Assembly: GCA_965235115.1 (NCBI GenBank)
Contig: OZ249436.1
Span: 16,680,001-16,744,000 of the forward strand
Source of the DNA: Laetmonice hystrix
Taxonomy: Eukaryota
Direction: 5' to 3'
Length of the DNA stretch: 64,000 bases
Shown: positions 12,400 to 25,521 of the stretch, piece after piece
How the letters are laid out: the number at the start of each line of letters is the position of its first letter
Position numbering within the stretch: position 1 is the stretch's first letter
Notes under the pieces: model-generated
What the model saw: the letters and a program-made list of their open reading frames with translations, nothing else
Database searches by the model: none
What the model was told of the DNA's origin: nothing
Position numbers and translations under genes: made by a program

Positions 12400-12732
12400 A
12401 AAAGAAAGCAAGCAAGAAAGAAAGAAAGCAAGAAAGAAATCAAGCAAGAAAGCAAGCAAGCAAGCAAGCAAGAAAGAAAGAAAGAAAGAAAGAAAAAAAA
12501 GAAAAAAAGAAAGAAAGAAAGAAAGAAAGAAAAAAGAAAGAAAGAAAGATCATTCCAGTACCATATTCAGCCGTGTCTGTAGTGGGCAAATATAGGAAAA
12601 TTCTAGTTAATATGTAAGGGGTTAGCAGGGGGTTTCGCAAAGATCATTCCAGTACCATATTCAGCCGTGTCTGTACTTGGCAAATATAGGAAAATTCTAG
12701 TTGATATGTAAGGGGTTAGCAGGGGGTTTCGC
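12400..12732. repeat. (AAAG/AAGC)n microsatellite followed by a 94-bp direct duplication
   Basis: AGATCATTCCAGTACCATATTC... at 12547 and 12641. Confidence 0.9.
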
Positions 12733-13167
12733 TAGGTCCCATTCAGGCTTACTTTATTCCAGACTAAGGTGAACTGTGTCATTTCTATGTACCATAAGAC
12801 TCCGCCAAAAGATGTGCGCAGATGGTGTAAATACCACAACCTACTGAGCTTACGATGGGCTAGACTTGGTGCGTGTTGATAGAAATGCCAGCGGTCTGAT
12901 TCTCTGTGTGTACAGATAGGGCGAGTATGGGTTTGGGATCCGCGCCAGGGCACGCATGGCCGGCGACCAGACACCGCAAACAATGGCTATTCAAACTCGG
13001 GGTAGTGGTGAGGGTTGGAGGGAATTACGTATGTCAGTGTTCACTGAAGCACAGGTGGGCCATGCATAAAGAGACTGCCCAGACATTGCTCAGAACGTTG
13101 GTAGACTTGGGTCAGGACCTGTAAGGAACGTTGACTGATTTTTTTCAATTTGTCTCATAGCCTCAAG

Positions 13168-16100
13168 ATGTCGAAAAGTAAGTTACATTTTAACATTTCA
13201 ATTTCAAATATTTTCTTCTTTCCGATTGTAGCTTAATATGATACAAGGAAGGCCTTTTTTGAAAAAAAATGTTGGCTGTGGATGAGGGAAATTGCCCTAG
13301 GATTTTGGTCACCTGGCGATGCAAGTACATTTTGTAGTTTATTTTTGTTGTAAGCGTTCGCTGAGTTGATCACCTAGCCAAGTCTGACTTATGTTTGTTG
13401 TAAGCGTCCCGCTAGTTGGTCACCTGACCGAGTCTAGTTTATCTTTGTTGTAAGCGTCCCTGTGTTGGTCACCTGGGGGTCTGTCGTACTAAGGATGATC
13501 CCCACAGCAAAATCCCCACCAAAGTGCCCAGATCAGGATTCCCCCGTTGTGAGGTATCTTACGAAAAAGTCCCTCCATTGAAACAGTGTTGGGGAGATGT
13601 GTCCGATTTGGGGATGTCCCTGATTTAGGGAGTGACATTCTTAATAAGACGGGCCCCAGGCCGAACCTGGCTTATGTTTGATGTAAGCGTCCCCTCAGTT
13701 GGTCACCTGACCGAGTCTGGTTTATGTTTGTTATATGTCTCATGGGAGATTGGACAGAGTCTAGTTTGTGTTTGTTGTAAGCGTCCCCTCAGTTGGTCAC
13801 CTGACCGAGTTTGGTTTAGGTTTGTTTTAAGGGTCCCCACAGTTGGTCACCTGGCCAGTTTGGTTACTCTTTGTTGTAAGCGTCCCCTCAGTTAGTCACC
13901 TGGCCGAGTCTCGTTTATCTTTGTTGTAAGCGTCCCGGAAGCGGCCCCTCAGTTGCCGGGAGACATCGATGATCGCCGCCATCGTGATCCTCATCCTGAT
14001 CGTCACTGTGCTCGTCGTCCTCGTGGCCGTGTTCGCCGGACGTTACCACAAGTCCCGCTCCAAAGAGTCCAAGCACACACCAGATGGCGTACGTAGCGAT
14101 GGGAAGATGGGAAGATTTCCAGGATTTGTCATTTTTAAGATCCATATTTTAGCCTGCCTTATCTTTCTCAATCGTAAAGCATATATTTCTGTTCACTCTC
14201 AGTTTGTGCGTGTTCACTTTCAGTTTTATTTTTATTTTTTGGGGGGGTGTTGGTGTTGGTTTGTGTTTACTGTCAGTTGGTTTGTGTTCACTGTTAGTTT
14301 GTTTGTGTTCACTGTTAATTGGTTTGTGTTCACTGTCAGATGGTTTGTGTTCACTGTTAGTTGGTTTGTGTTCACTGTTAGTTGGTTTGTGTTCACTGTT
14401 AGTTAGTTTGTGTTCACGGTAAGTTGGTTTGTGTAGGACCAGAAGTCGAGGGTTTGCGTGACGGCCGACTGTGTGGAAGTGGCGGGGAAGACCATCGCTA
14501 ACATGAACACGTCTGTCGATCCGTGCAAGGACTTCTATCAGTATGCCTGCGGTCGCTTCGTGAAGGACGCCCTTCTCAAACAGAATGAAGACATTACAGA
14601 TCTTGGAATATATCATATTAATTCCCAAACCGATGCAAAACTTGTCATGGTAACTTTGATTTAGACTGGATAAGTGAAAGCAATACATAAGACAGATAAA
14701 TTACGTACGCACACAGGCCTACATATAGGCCATCCGAAAAAAACGAATATAAATGTATAAACACACTTAAAGGGATGTACCTCCATGGAATGAAACCAGT
14801 ACCAGGGAAAACTTTAACATTTACAATGCGACTGTAGTTCCAGCAACTGCTTCAGTAAAAGAAACATCCCAAAACCTACAAAATGTATATTTCCCACACA
14901 TTTCAGGGATAAGCTACTCGTTTGCTACAAAAGAAATAGAAATCTTGCTGACACGTTAGTGTCCACCAAACTACATCTATTTGGACATTCTCGAAAACCT
15001 GATGCCAGGGCATTATTTTCAGATTAATTCTATCTATCATAAATATATAACTTATATAACCAGAACCTTTAAGCTCTTCCCCAAATATTTTCGGAGCAGG
15101 TATTGGAATCTCCAGGGGCGACAGTCAATGGAAAGAAATCGACCGCGGTCGAGAAAGCCAAACGTTTTTATGCTGCCTGCCGGAATGCTACATCAAAGAG
15201 AAACAATGGTCCTGCATTTTTACAAAAGGTGATTTCTCTTCGGTTGACCTTTTGTTTCCAATTTTGCTTGTTCTTAAGAGATAGCCACAACTCTATGAAG
15301 TCGGTCCTGCTGATGTTGGAATCTTCTCACTCCTCACCATGTGTTTAACCGACTCTGTTACAGAAAGTAAAGAAGGACCTTTTTCCGACATAACTCCTAC
15401 TTAGGCCTACACCAACATTAACGATGATTGGGGGTTGAATTAAATAAAGAGGCGGGAAATGAATTGATAGGATGTGTTTTATTAGATGATTGTATAAATT
15501 GTCGCTATTTTTATGCAGTATATTGACAGTCTGGGTGGATGGCCGCTGTCTGGGTATTTTGACTCCGGGCTGGCTGACGTAGAGCTTACGGCAGCCAAAG
15601 TGGCAAGGACTGGGAGTTCGGGTCTACTCACCGTGGACATGGGTGTCAACGATTTCAACAACAGCAGATACATCACAAGGTTCATATTGGTTGTATCAGT
15701 CCTCTCCAGGAGTAGAACCCTAACTAGTATATTTTTCCAGGTGCTAGTGCTCACTGCCCCCTCAGTGACGTAGCCAGGAATTAGTGAAAGGGGGGGGGGG
15801 CGTAAAGAGGGAGCGTAATTTTTTTTAAGGAAAATCTGACAAGCAAGCAAAAAAAAAGTCTTTAACAATGCAAAAACAGAAAAGAGAAGCGAAACGGGGG
15901 GCGTACGCCGGGTACGCCCTATGGTAGCTACGTCACTGCCCCTGTATACCCATGCACGGGCTTGCTTTTGGACTGACTATACTTGGTACTACTGCATGTT
16001 CTTCGATAGGGGGCCTATGCAACAATACGCTACATTCTTACAAGAATATATTGTTTATAGTCTGTTCGCTCTAAGAAGAGCTGGACCTCGGCCTCATTAA

Positions 16101-19100
16101 AGCTCTGACCTGCCCCCCTCTTCCCGTCTACCCACAGCTGGCGTAACACAAGTCATCGCCGCCTGTCATTCAAGAATATGACCAAATTTCACGTGGTTCT
16201 GTATTACCCCAAATGAACTAACAGCTTTAATGAGGCCGAGGTCGAGCTCTTCTTAGAGCGAACAGACTATAGTACAACATCTTTTGGATGAGCATACAGG
16301 AGCATAATGGGTATTATATTCCAGGGTACAGCCCGGCGTGTCCGCCCTTCGGAGTGCACGCCCCTACGACAGCACGGACACGATGGACAAGTATCGGTCT
16401 GTGATAGAGGGCGTGGTCAAGCTGCTGGGTGGCGACGTTACAATGAAGGCCTCTGTCATCAATGACGTCATCAACATTGACAAGGCCGTCGCAAAGGTTG
16501 AGCCGCAATGAAGGCCGTTTCGATATTTGGTCTTAGATATGACGTCGACTTGACGACCCGCATGTAGCACAATGTTATTCAATCGGATGTTGAAAGGAAA
16601 ACAGCGATTGCGTACGATTGACAAACATAGACTTCCTCGGGCTTGTGTTGTTGGTCTGACGTCACATTTTAACGAGATATAGGCTATACTGACATAATCT
16701 TGACCTGATGTCTGTTTCAGATCCGTCCACCTCCAAATATCCGTGACAACGTGACGCTCAGGAGTAACATGATGACCTTACGGGAGGTGGAGAACCGTGT
16801 CGGACCTAAGGTATTCATTTTGACAGGATTGCTGATTGGGGGAAGGGACCCTGACAGGCCTTCAGCTCCCACCCACAATTAAATGAAACGGGCATTTGGC
16901 TCATTTCAAAAGTTTTTCAGTCAGGATTTCAACAGAAAGAAACTTCATTCAACTGAGATATCAAATAGTTCCATGTAGGATGTAAGTGCATATCATTTTA
17001 CGGCGCGTTGCAAGTTGCATGCCTTGATGTTTTGTCAGCCGACGAGCTTTTACTCCAATGTACCTTACTGAGCACGGCTTGACGTGGCATTGGCACGCTA
17101 GAAACCCGAACGTGTTCGTGCACGTGTACGGGTACGAGCTACAAGTACACGTATGAACCTGTAATCTTGTACTTTAGATACACGTAAAATGACCGGACGT
17201 GTAGGCCTAGGTGTACGTGTAGAATCGGAAGTAGATAAAAAAAAACATGGCGTCCTTGCCACTCCACTGATGTGGTCTTTTTGAGATGGTCAGGTGCACA
17301 ATGTACAAAAACTATCCACTCTCCTAAGCGCCAATGTGAGCTGTCCCGCGTGCTGTAGGACTGTTGTTCGATAGGCGCATAGCCCGTGGAGAAAGATTGT
17401 CAAAAACCTCGCTCTAGTTAAAAGTATTATAGGGAAGACACATCTCAATTTAGTCAAGGACATGACAAAGAATGATAATGACTTGTTATTATACGGTCGT
17501 TCGGTTCCCGTGGCAGACATCTGTATGTTATGAAACAGGAGTTTTTGCTACACGTTTCATATTTACTGGTAGCGGACCGTCCACGCGTCGTTGACTTCTA
17601 GATGAACTTGTCGGGTTTGGGGAAATCCCCTATGGGTCGCGAAAATCTATGACGTATTACACGGGAATTCCGCTACGCCTACACGTAGGCGTACACGTTC
17701 GGGTTTCTAAACCTCAGTGTTGGCCATTTCTCGGGTTGATCCTAAGGAAATATTTCCGAGAAGCCAGTAGAGGTACAAAGTGTAGTTTAAGTCGCCAGTA
17801 GAAGTACAAAGTGTGGTTTAAGTTGCCAGTAGAGGTACAAAGTGTGGTTTAAGTTGCCAGTAGAGGGACAACGTGTGGTTTAAGTCGCCAGTAGGGGTAC
17901 AAAGTGTGGTTTAAGTCGCCAGTAGAAGTACAAAGTGTGGTTTAAGTCGCCAGTAGAAGTACAAAGTGTGGTTTAAGTCGCCAGTAGAAGTACAAAGTGT
18001 GGTTTAAGTCGCCAGTAGCTCTAGGTACAAAGTGTGGTTTGATGTGTCATAAGATTTTTCTTTATAATTTCTCTAGTTCATGATGGGAACCTTTCTCGAA
18101 AGATTTCTGGAGTCTTCAATTCCTCCGACAAGCAGTCTTCTGGTTGGGTTTCCCAGCTTCCTGCCTGGAATAAAAGTGATATTTGACGACTACTCCAAGG
18201 AGTAAGTCATGCCCTTCATTACTACAAGATCTCTTGACGGCAGTCTTTCTCCGTCTGCAATAACCATACTGATTGTTGATATTGCAGGTCGGCGATTGCT
18301 TACCTGGTGTCATCTTGAGTTGTCAAGTGGCATCATGCATCCTGCATTCTACCCCTTGAGATCAGCCCAGTCTAAACTGACGGAGGTTGACCTTGAGGTC
18401 AACTTCATGAATATTAATAGGACCTGGCATCGTCGTCATAGATTCGCCACCAACACTAAACGGTCTTCTCGCGAAAGTGCCCGATAGCATAAGCTTTTGC
18501 CTTGCCCAGTTCGCTGATATACAAATGTTTCCCTCCCTGACAATACAGTTTGTAGCACTCTGACTTGATATACGGTTTAACACGCGAAATTCCCAATTTG
18601 ATCTCCCCTGATTTCAGCGTCGTCACTACGCTTTAGCTGTCATCCGAACACCGGCCTGCTCGGCCCAGTGTCGCCGGCGCTGGCTGTTGGTCTCGGCCTC
18701 TGCCGCGCTCGGGGGTTAAGGTTAAGGGTCGGGATAGGATTTATAGTTATAGTGTGTGTTCTTGAAGCCCTGTCAACTCAAAGTTGCTCCTCCCACTGTC
18801 AGGATGTAATGCCTACCCGTTGCTGCCATCGTTGACTTCGCCATCTTGTTTCGACAATAACTTTGCTTGGGATGTTCCCGAAATGCAAGCTTATTTTTAT
18901 GAATCGCACCTCAGGCAGTGCTGTAATCTGATTGCTTCGCGCGGTACCGCAAGAAAAATTATTAGGTCGTAAACAGATGGCGATCTTTCTTCGCTGAAAA
19001 AAGCCTGGCTGTCGTGGTGGTGGGGAGGGGGGGGGGGCGCTCGAAGCGGTTCAACCCCGAAGGCGGGAGTATGACCAGGGCCCGGTTCTTAAAATCTTAA

Positions 19101-22100
19101 GATCTTACTTAAGTTTAGGCTTAACGCTTCTGATTGGCTGCTGGTCTAAGCAGACCAGCCAATCAGAAACGTTAAGCCTAAACTTAAGTAAGATTTTAGG
19201 AACCAGGCCCTGGTTTGGGAGGCAGTCTTTAGCCGCCTTTAATATCTGTTCAAATCGTTCACCGATATCTATAAATTTCTTTCATCCTTTGACCCCTGTT
19301 ACCTGGTGCAAACCCATTTTTATAACATTTTTTTATGGCACGATGGAAACTGGAAACTTTTATAACACGCCTTCGCTTAGTGCAATATCTTGTAAATTTT
19401 CATACTGCACTTAACCAGGTGCATTTTTGTATAAAATTGCAGGTCAGTGATTGCCTACCTGGTGTGGAAGGCAGTCTTTAGCCGCCTTCAATATCTGTCC
19501 AAACCGTTCACCGATCTCTACGCTGAGTTGCAACCAAAAGTCGACTTTTCTCCAGCTACCTGCCTTCGACTCGCCAAAACCTACTTCTCTCAGGCTCTCG
19601 GCTCAGTCTATTTGGAATTCTTCTACGACAAGAGGACGAATGCCGCTGTAAGTAGGCAGTTCGCAAAGCATCATTCAACAATTTATTAATTGAAACCCTA
19701 AAATATTATTTTGAAATCTGATGTTATGCAGATCGAGGAGATGCTGGTGCGAGTTCGCCAGGCGTTCCAGGACAACCTGCCCTCAGTCGACTGGTTGGAC
19801 GAGGCCGACCAGCAGACGGCCCTCGAGAAAGTCCGTGCCATGACGTACCAAGTCGCTTATTTTGACATCAGTGTGGACGCCGCGTCCCTCGACAGGGCCT
19901 ACCAGTTTTATGTGAGTTTATAACGTTACGGAAGCCCTTGACAGGAGCTACCATTTCTAAGTGAGTTTACAAACCCACGGGGGCCTTCGAAAGGGCCTAC
20001 TGGTTCTATGTTAGTTTACACACTCACGGGTCCTTCGACAGGGCCTACTTATTCTATGTGAGATTTCAATGTCACGGGGCCTTAGACAGGGCCTAGATCT
20101 ACTAGTTCTATGCGACCTTTCAATGTCACGGAGACCTTCGACAGGGCCTACTAGTTCTAAGTGAGTTTCCAATCCTCGTATTTCTCTATTCATATTTCTA
20201 CATAATTATGTAGATTAGCAGATTTTAAATGTCTTCCTGTTCTAGGGGCCTATCCTGGAGGACAACTTTTTCGCTACCATTAACAACCTCGAGCAAGGAA
20301 AGGTTAAACGTCAACTTACACTACAAGGGGAGCCCGCCACTGTCCCTTCTTACCTATTTGGGTACGTAAAACTGTGACGTCAGAACGTAAGGGGCGTGAC
20401 GTCAGTGCAAAACTATTTTAGGAATGCATTCAAACTTTCAGAGAAAGACAGGCAATGGGTGTGAGGGAGGCAGATGGATGTGAGGGAGACAATGGGTGTA
20501 AGGGAGACAGACAGGCAATGGGTGTGAGGGAGACAGACAGGCACTGGGTGTGAGGGAGACAGACAGGCACTGGGTGTGAGGGAGACAGACAGGCACTGGG
20601 TGTGAGGGAGACAGACAGGCAATGGGTGTGAGGGAGACAGACAGGCAATGGGTGTGAGGGAGACAGACAGGCACTGGGTGTGAGGGAGACAGACAGGCAA
20701 TGGGTGTGAGGGAGACAGACAGGCACTGGGTGTGAGGGAGACAGACAGGCAATGGGTGTGAGGGAGACAGACAGGCAATGGGTGTGAGGGAGACAGACAG
20801 GCAATGGGTGTGAGGGAGACAGACAGGCAATGGGTGTGAGGGAGACAGACAGGCAATGGGTGTAAGGGAGACAGACAGGCAATGGGTGTAAGGGAGACAG
20901 ACAGGCACTGGGTGTGAGGGAGACAGACAGGCACTGGGTGTGAGGGAGACAGACAGGCACTGGGTGTGAGGGAGACAGACAGGCAATGGGTGTGAGGGAG
21001 ACAGACAGGCAATGGGTGTGAGGGAGACAGACAGGCAATGGGTGTGAGGGAGACAGACAGGCAATGGGTGTAAGGGAGACAGACAGGCACTGGGTGTGAG
21101 GGAGACAGACAGGCACTGGGTGTGAGGGAGACAGACAGGCAATGGGTGTGAGGGAGACAGACAGGCAATGGGTGTGAGGGAGACAGACAGGCACTGGGTG
21201 TGAGGGAGACAGACAGGCACTGGGTGTGAGGGAGACAGACAGGCAATGGGTGTGAGGGAGACAGACAGGCAATGGGTGTGAGGGAGACAGACAGGCAATG
21301 GGTGTGAGGGAGACAGACAGGCAATGGGTGTAAGGGAGACAGACAGGCACTGGGTGTGAGGGAGACAGACAGGCACTGGGTGTGAGGGAGACAGACAGGC
21401 AATGGGTGTGAGGGAGACAGACAGGCAATGGGTGTGAGGGAGACATACAGGCAATGGGTGTGAGGGAGACAGACAGGCACTGGGTGTGAGGGAGACAGAC
21501 AGGCAATGGGTGTGAGGGAGACAGACAGGCAATGGGTGTGAGGGAGACAGACAGGCACTGGGTGTGAGGGAGACAGACAGGCACTGGGTGTGAGGGAGAC
21601 AGACAGGCAATGGGTGTGAGGGAGACAGACAGGCAATGGGTGTGAGGGAGACAGACAGGCAATGGGTGTGAGGGAGACATACAGGCAATGGGTGTGAGGG
21701 AGACAGACAGGCAATGGGTGTGAGGGAGACAGACAGGCAATGGGTGTGAGGGAGACAGACAGGCATTGGGTGTGAGGGAGACAGACAGGCACTGGGTGTG
21801 AGGGAGACAGACAGGCATTGGGTGTGAGGGAGACATACAGGCAATGGGTGTGAGGGAGACAGACAGGCACTGGGTGTGAGGGAGACAGACAGGCAATGGG
21901 TGTGAGGGAGACAGACAGGCAATGGGTGTGAGGGAGACAGACAGGCAATGGGTGTGAGGGAGACAGACAGGCAATGGGTGTGAGGGAGACAGACAGGCAC
22001 TGGGTGTGAGGGAGACAGACAGGCAATGGGTGTGAGGGAGACAGACAGGCACTGGGTGTGAGGGAGACAGACAGGCAATGGGTGTGAGGGAGACAGACAG

Positions 22101-25100
22101 GCACTGGGTGTGAGGGAGACAATGGGTGTGAGGGAGACAGACAGGCAATGGGTGTGAGGGAGACAGGCACTGGGTGTAAGGGAGACAGACAGGCAATGGG
22201 TGTGAGGGAGACAGACAGGCAATGGGTGTGAGGGAGACAGACAGGCAATGGGTGTGAGGGAGACATACAGGCAATGGGTGTGAGGGAGACAGACAGGCAC
22301 TGGGTGTGAGGGAGACAGGCAATGGGTGTGAGGGAGACAGACAGGCACTGGGTGTGAGGGAGACATACAGGCAATGGGTGTGAGGGAGACAGACCAACAA
22401 TCGGTGTGAGGGAGAGAAACAAACGTTTCTGATTGCAGAGAATACGGACCATACTTCCCCAACGCCTTCTACATGGCCATCAAGAATTCGATGGTAGCTT
22501 TGGCTGGTATCTTGGATTATGCATTTTACGACGAAGATTTCCCTGTGTGAGTGGAAAATTCCATTATTATATATGACAAATATGTAATCGACTCTCTCTT
22601 TTGACGCAGGAATGCAGATGTTAACCTCATTTCCGGTTCACATGTTTCCTCAGTTTCATAAAAACGACGTTTCAAATGGCAAAATATCTATTACATTCTC
22701 TTTCTTGTAAGATCTGGTTCCGAATTTAAATATATATATATATATATTTATATTTTAGAGTCATTAAAGCAAAAGAGAGTAAGACTTAAGATTTAAGACT
22801 TAAGAAATTATGAGTGTTTCTTCATTTTTCTTGGGGCAGTGGCATGAAGTACGGTGGTATCGGATTTGTGCTGGGCCATGAGATAACGCACGGATTCGAC
22901 AACAATGGCAAGTAATTTAAGTCCCCGTCACGCACACACGCACACATTTATACATGGGGGAGGGGAGGGGTGGGAGGTGACATCACGGGTAAGAAAAAAT
23001 ACATAATATCGCTCGGATGTGAACAAGTAAAGTCCATAGCACACTTTCGCCAGAGGTCCTTTTTGCTGAAACCTCCTTTGGTTGTGTATTGTTGGATAAC
23101 CCGGGACTATAGTGTCAGTGCGAGCAGTTACTTAGGCCTACATTTCTTTCATTTTTCTTAAGGATTTAAATGTAACTAATGTGACATGAAACAGTTTCAA
23201 TGCAAACTACTTTGTTGAACTATTTCTTACCTCTTCACTGCATTTCTGTCTCTTGGGTACTCCCTTTGACCGGCGTATGTCGTTACGATTGCATGTTGGA
23301 ACACGTTCTCACCATTCCAGACCGGCAGGGTCGTAGGCTCTAGACTACGAGCATGCGCAGTTCATAGCGTTATAGAAGGAAACCATCTCCTATCATGCAG
23401 AAGGGCTCGCTCCGCTTACCCTCTGCTACACATGACTTTTTACGGGCAAAATCGAACCCCTACGCGTTTAACCCCGTTTTTGCAAAGTTGGCCGTCCTGT
23501 ATGGTATCTGTAAAATGTAACGTACCTCTAAATCCCAAAAAAACTGAGAGTATATTAAGTGACATTCACCGTACAAGAGAAATATCTGATGAAATATTAG
23601 GAACTACATTTGCGGAGGGAAATCAGCTAGTTGCAAGTCGGTTGGCCAATTTCGGGATGATTCGAAATACTTCGGGTAGGTAGGCTACTTCCGTTCCAAC
23701 ATAGCGGCTGCAGATGATTTCTCCGAAGAACTGGATGTTTGCGTGACATCATAATCTGAGAGTCTGCTCCAAGTAACTAACAATAGTGCTTCAGCAAAGC
23801 CAAGGGTCACTCAAACTGCAGTACCCAATGTGTGGCAAAGATTGAACGAAGGGAACGATCTCTGTCCGGAGAGGGGGAAGGAAAGTGCCTACGCCCGGAC
23901 TATTCGGCCACCGGCTTTCGGTCACTTTTTTGTTTCTTCCTCTAGGCCTAAACATCGGCAGCGTCTTAGGTGACCATGTCATATTCTTACTTACTTCGAG
24001 CTCTGTATTTGCTTCATATCAGCAAATTTGGTTAGATGCGTGATGTACTCTGCTGCAGGCAAGAATTATGATAAGAATGGAAACTATAAACAGTGGCTGA
24101 GTGGCGCCTCCCTGGCAAGGTTCGACAAGAGGGCGCAATGTTTGGTGAAACAATATGGTCAATACGAGGCTCTGCCAGGGAATAAGGTTTGTCATGACAA
24201 ACCTCTTTATGTAATCGTACAGTAGTGCTGTTGTCCCAGAATCTTCTCCTAAAAACACTCGGGATTCTCTTTGAATGATACTGCAAATTCATACAAGAAT
24301 AGCAAAGCATGGTTTACAACAATGGGCTTTCTTTAAAACCGATTTTTAGTTTATTGCCATGTTCAAAGACTATTTCAGTCAGAAACATCTGAATAGTTGT
24401 TCAACGCAGGTGAATGGTGAGCTGACCTTGCCGGAGAACATCGCCGATAATGGGGGTATCAAGATGGCATATAACGCCTACCAGAGTTGGCGGAAGGCCC
24501 GCGGTGACAAGCCGGGCCTCGAACCCACACTGCCCGGCCTCGATCTGACACGTGATCAGCTCTTCTTCATCGCTATGGCAACGGTAAAGCTCAACGGCCT
24601 TTGTCCTTTTGTGTGTACTGTGCCAGTAATTTAGAAGATTTCGATGAGATCACAAATGAAATTGGTGGACTATAAGGATAGATATCGCAGATAGATTGTA
24701 CTTTGTTACTGTAAACTATCTGTAAGAATTAAAGTGGTACAAACATCACAATTACTATGAAATTTTGTACCAGAAACCGTTTGTCGTCGTTCTGTAAAGG
24801 AACGGTTGTTGTAGAACCACGTGAACTGTCTGTAATCCGTGATCGAAATGACCAATTCAGCCTGTTTCTCCTGGCCATCTGTCTGCCAGTCGCCTTCCCT
24901 TCAGGGCCCACGAGCCAGATTTTGCTTACATCACGGGCAGCTTGATTCAAAATGTCAATATCTTTACAAATGTTAATTTATCAGTAACACCTATCCCGAA
25001 CACGTCTACAACTCACAATGATCTTTCTAACGTGCCGATATTTGCAGCCCTGGTGTACCAAGGCCACAGATAAAACTACTAAGGAGCTCCTGACCTTGGA

Positions 25101-25521
25101 TAAACACTCGCCACCCAGATACAGGTAAAATAGACACCCTCCAAGCAGGTCGGCAACACACAGTTCTCTTGAAATTATTGTTTGGCCTCTTCAAGAACTA
25201 TGATAAAATATGCATCTCTCTATACATTTTTGAAATTTGCATATTTGCATGAAAACGTTTTGGGGGATTACATAGTACATGATAGTGGTTAAATCGATGA
25301 CCACGACATATATATCCATTGATTACTGCTACTAAGTTTTAAATTGTCATTCGAATTACCGTTATTCTTTATCCATGGTTCACTAACAGTTTTCACTGAC
25401 ACATAGTCTCTCTTGTTTCAGGATAATTGGTGCTCTGAGAAACTACAACAAATTCTCCGAAGTCTTCAACTGTCCTGAAGGCAGCTACATGAATCCCAAG
25501 GATAAATGCATCATCTGGTGA
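13168..25521 (+). CDS. M13 family (neprilysin/ECE-like) zinc metallopeptidase, copy A, 737 aa; join(13168..13177,13931..14088,14437..14649,15100..15228,15519..15679,16325..16496,16721..16810,18077..18201,19443..19647,19732..19911,20246..20361,22439..22546,22840..22907,24059..24186,24410..24583,25048..25124,25422..25521)
   Basis: Short cytoplasmic tail plus TM ([22 protein letters not shown]); CxTxxC...[41 protein letters not shown]...HSPPRYR; FNCP..YMNP..KCIIW*. All exon phases are compatible; total 2214 nt. Intron 13 needs a GC donor. Confidence 0.9.
13343..13955 (+). repeat. 50-bp tandem array derived from the intron1/exon2 acceptor junction (copy A), interrupted by a TIR element at ~13476-13657
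   Basis: Unit TTTGTTGTAAG|CGTCCCCTCAGTTGGTCACCTGACCGAGTCTAGTTTATG versus the true junction TTTGTTGTAAG|CGTCCCGGAAGCGGCCCCTCAGTTG at 13930/13931. Confidence 0.85.
14257..14436 (+). repeat. 21-bp array (GTTGGTTTGTGTTCACTGTTA) ending at the exon 3 acceptor, copy A
   Basis: About 8 units; the last unit is GTTGGTTTGTGTAG|GAC. Confidence 0.9.
15763..15938. mobile_element. MITE, TIR CAGTGACGTAGC, apparent 5-bp TSD CCCCT
   Basis: CCCCT-CAGTGACGTAGC...GCTACGTCACTG-CCCCT. Confidence 0.75.
16056..16271. mobile_element. MITE with ~48-bp TIRs
   Basis: TATAGTCTGTTCGCTCTAAGAAGAGCTGGACCTCGGCCTCATTAAAGCT ... AGCTTTAATGAGGCCGAGGTCGAGCTCTTCTTAGAGCGAACAGACTATA. Confidence 0.85.
17099..17709. mobile_element. 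TIR element, ~610 bp
   Basis: TAGAAACCCGAACGTGT ... ACACGTTCGGGTTTCTA; absent from the homologous intron 7 of copies B and C. Confidence 0.7.
17762..18040. repeat. 31-bp tandem repeat (~9 copies) just upstream of the exon 8 acceptor, copy A
   Basis: GCCAGTAGAAGTACAAAGTGTGGTTTAAGTC. Confidence 0.92.
18280..19271 (+). pseudogene. Degenerate duplicate of exon 9 (pseudo-exon) split by inserted repeats, copy A intron 8
   Basis: TTGCAG|GTCGGCGATTGCTTACCTGGTGT (18282-18310) and CTGGTTTGGGAGGCAGTCTTTAGCCGCCTTTAATATCTGTTCAAATCGTTCACCGAT (19210-19266) match the start of real exon 9 (19443 on); CAA changed to a TAA stop. Confidence 0.75.
19074..19214. mobile_element. Short palindromic MITE (GGGCCCGGTT.../...AACCAGGCCC)
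   Basis: Near-perfect 140-bp hairpin. Confidence 0.75.
19886..20170 (+). repeat. Degenerate ~48-51-bp array derived from the exon10/intron10 donor junction (copy A, ~5 extra units)
   Basis: CCCTCGACAGGGCCTACCAGTTTTAT|GTGAGTTT re-iterated, e.g. CCTTCGACAGGGCCTACTAGTTCTAAGTGAGTTT at 20135-20168. Confidence 0.8.
20445..22415. repeat. 26-bp minisatellite (~75 copies) filling copy A intron 11
   Basis: GGGAGACAGACAGGCA(A/C)TGGGTGTGA; source of the three 650-680 aa minus-strand ORFs. Confidence 0.97.

Noticed and set aside
20413..22462. Three overlapping 656-679 aa Cys/His/Pro-rich ORFs on the minus strand
   Set aside because: A 26-bp stop-free repeat is open in all three frames; it lies antisense within an intron and has no unique coding sequence.
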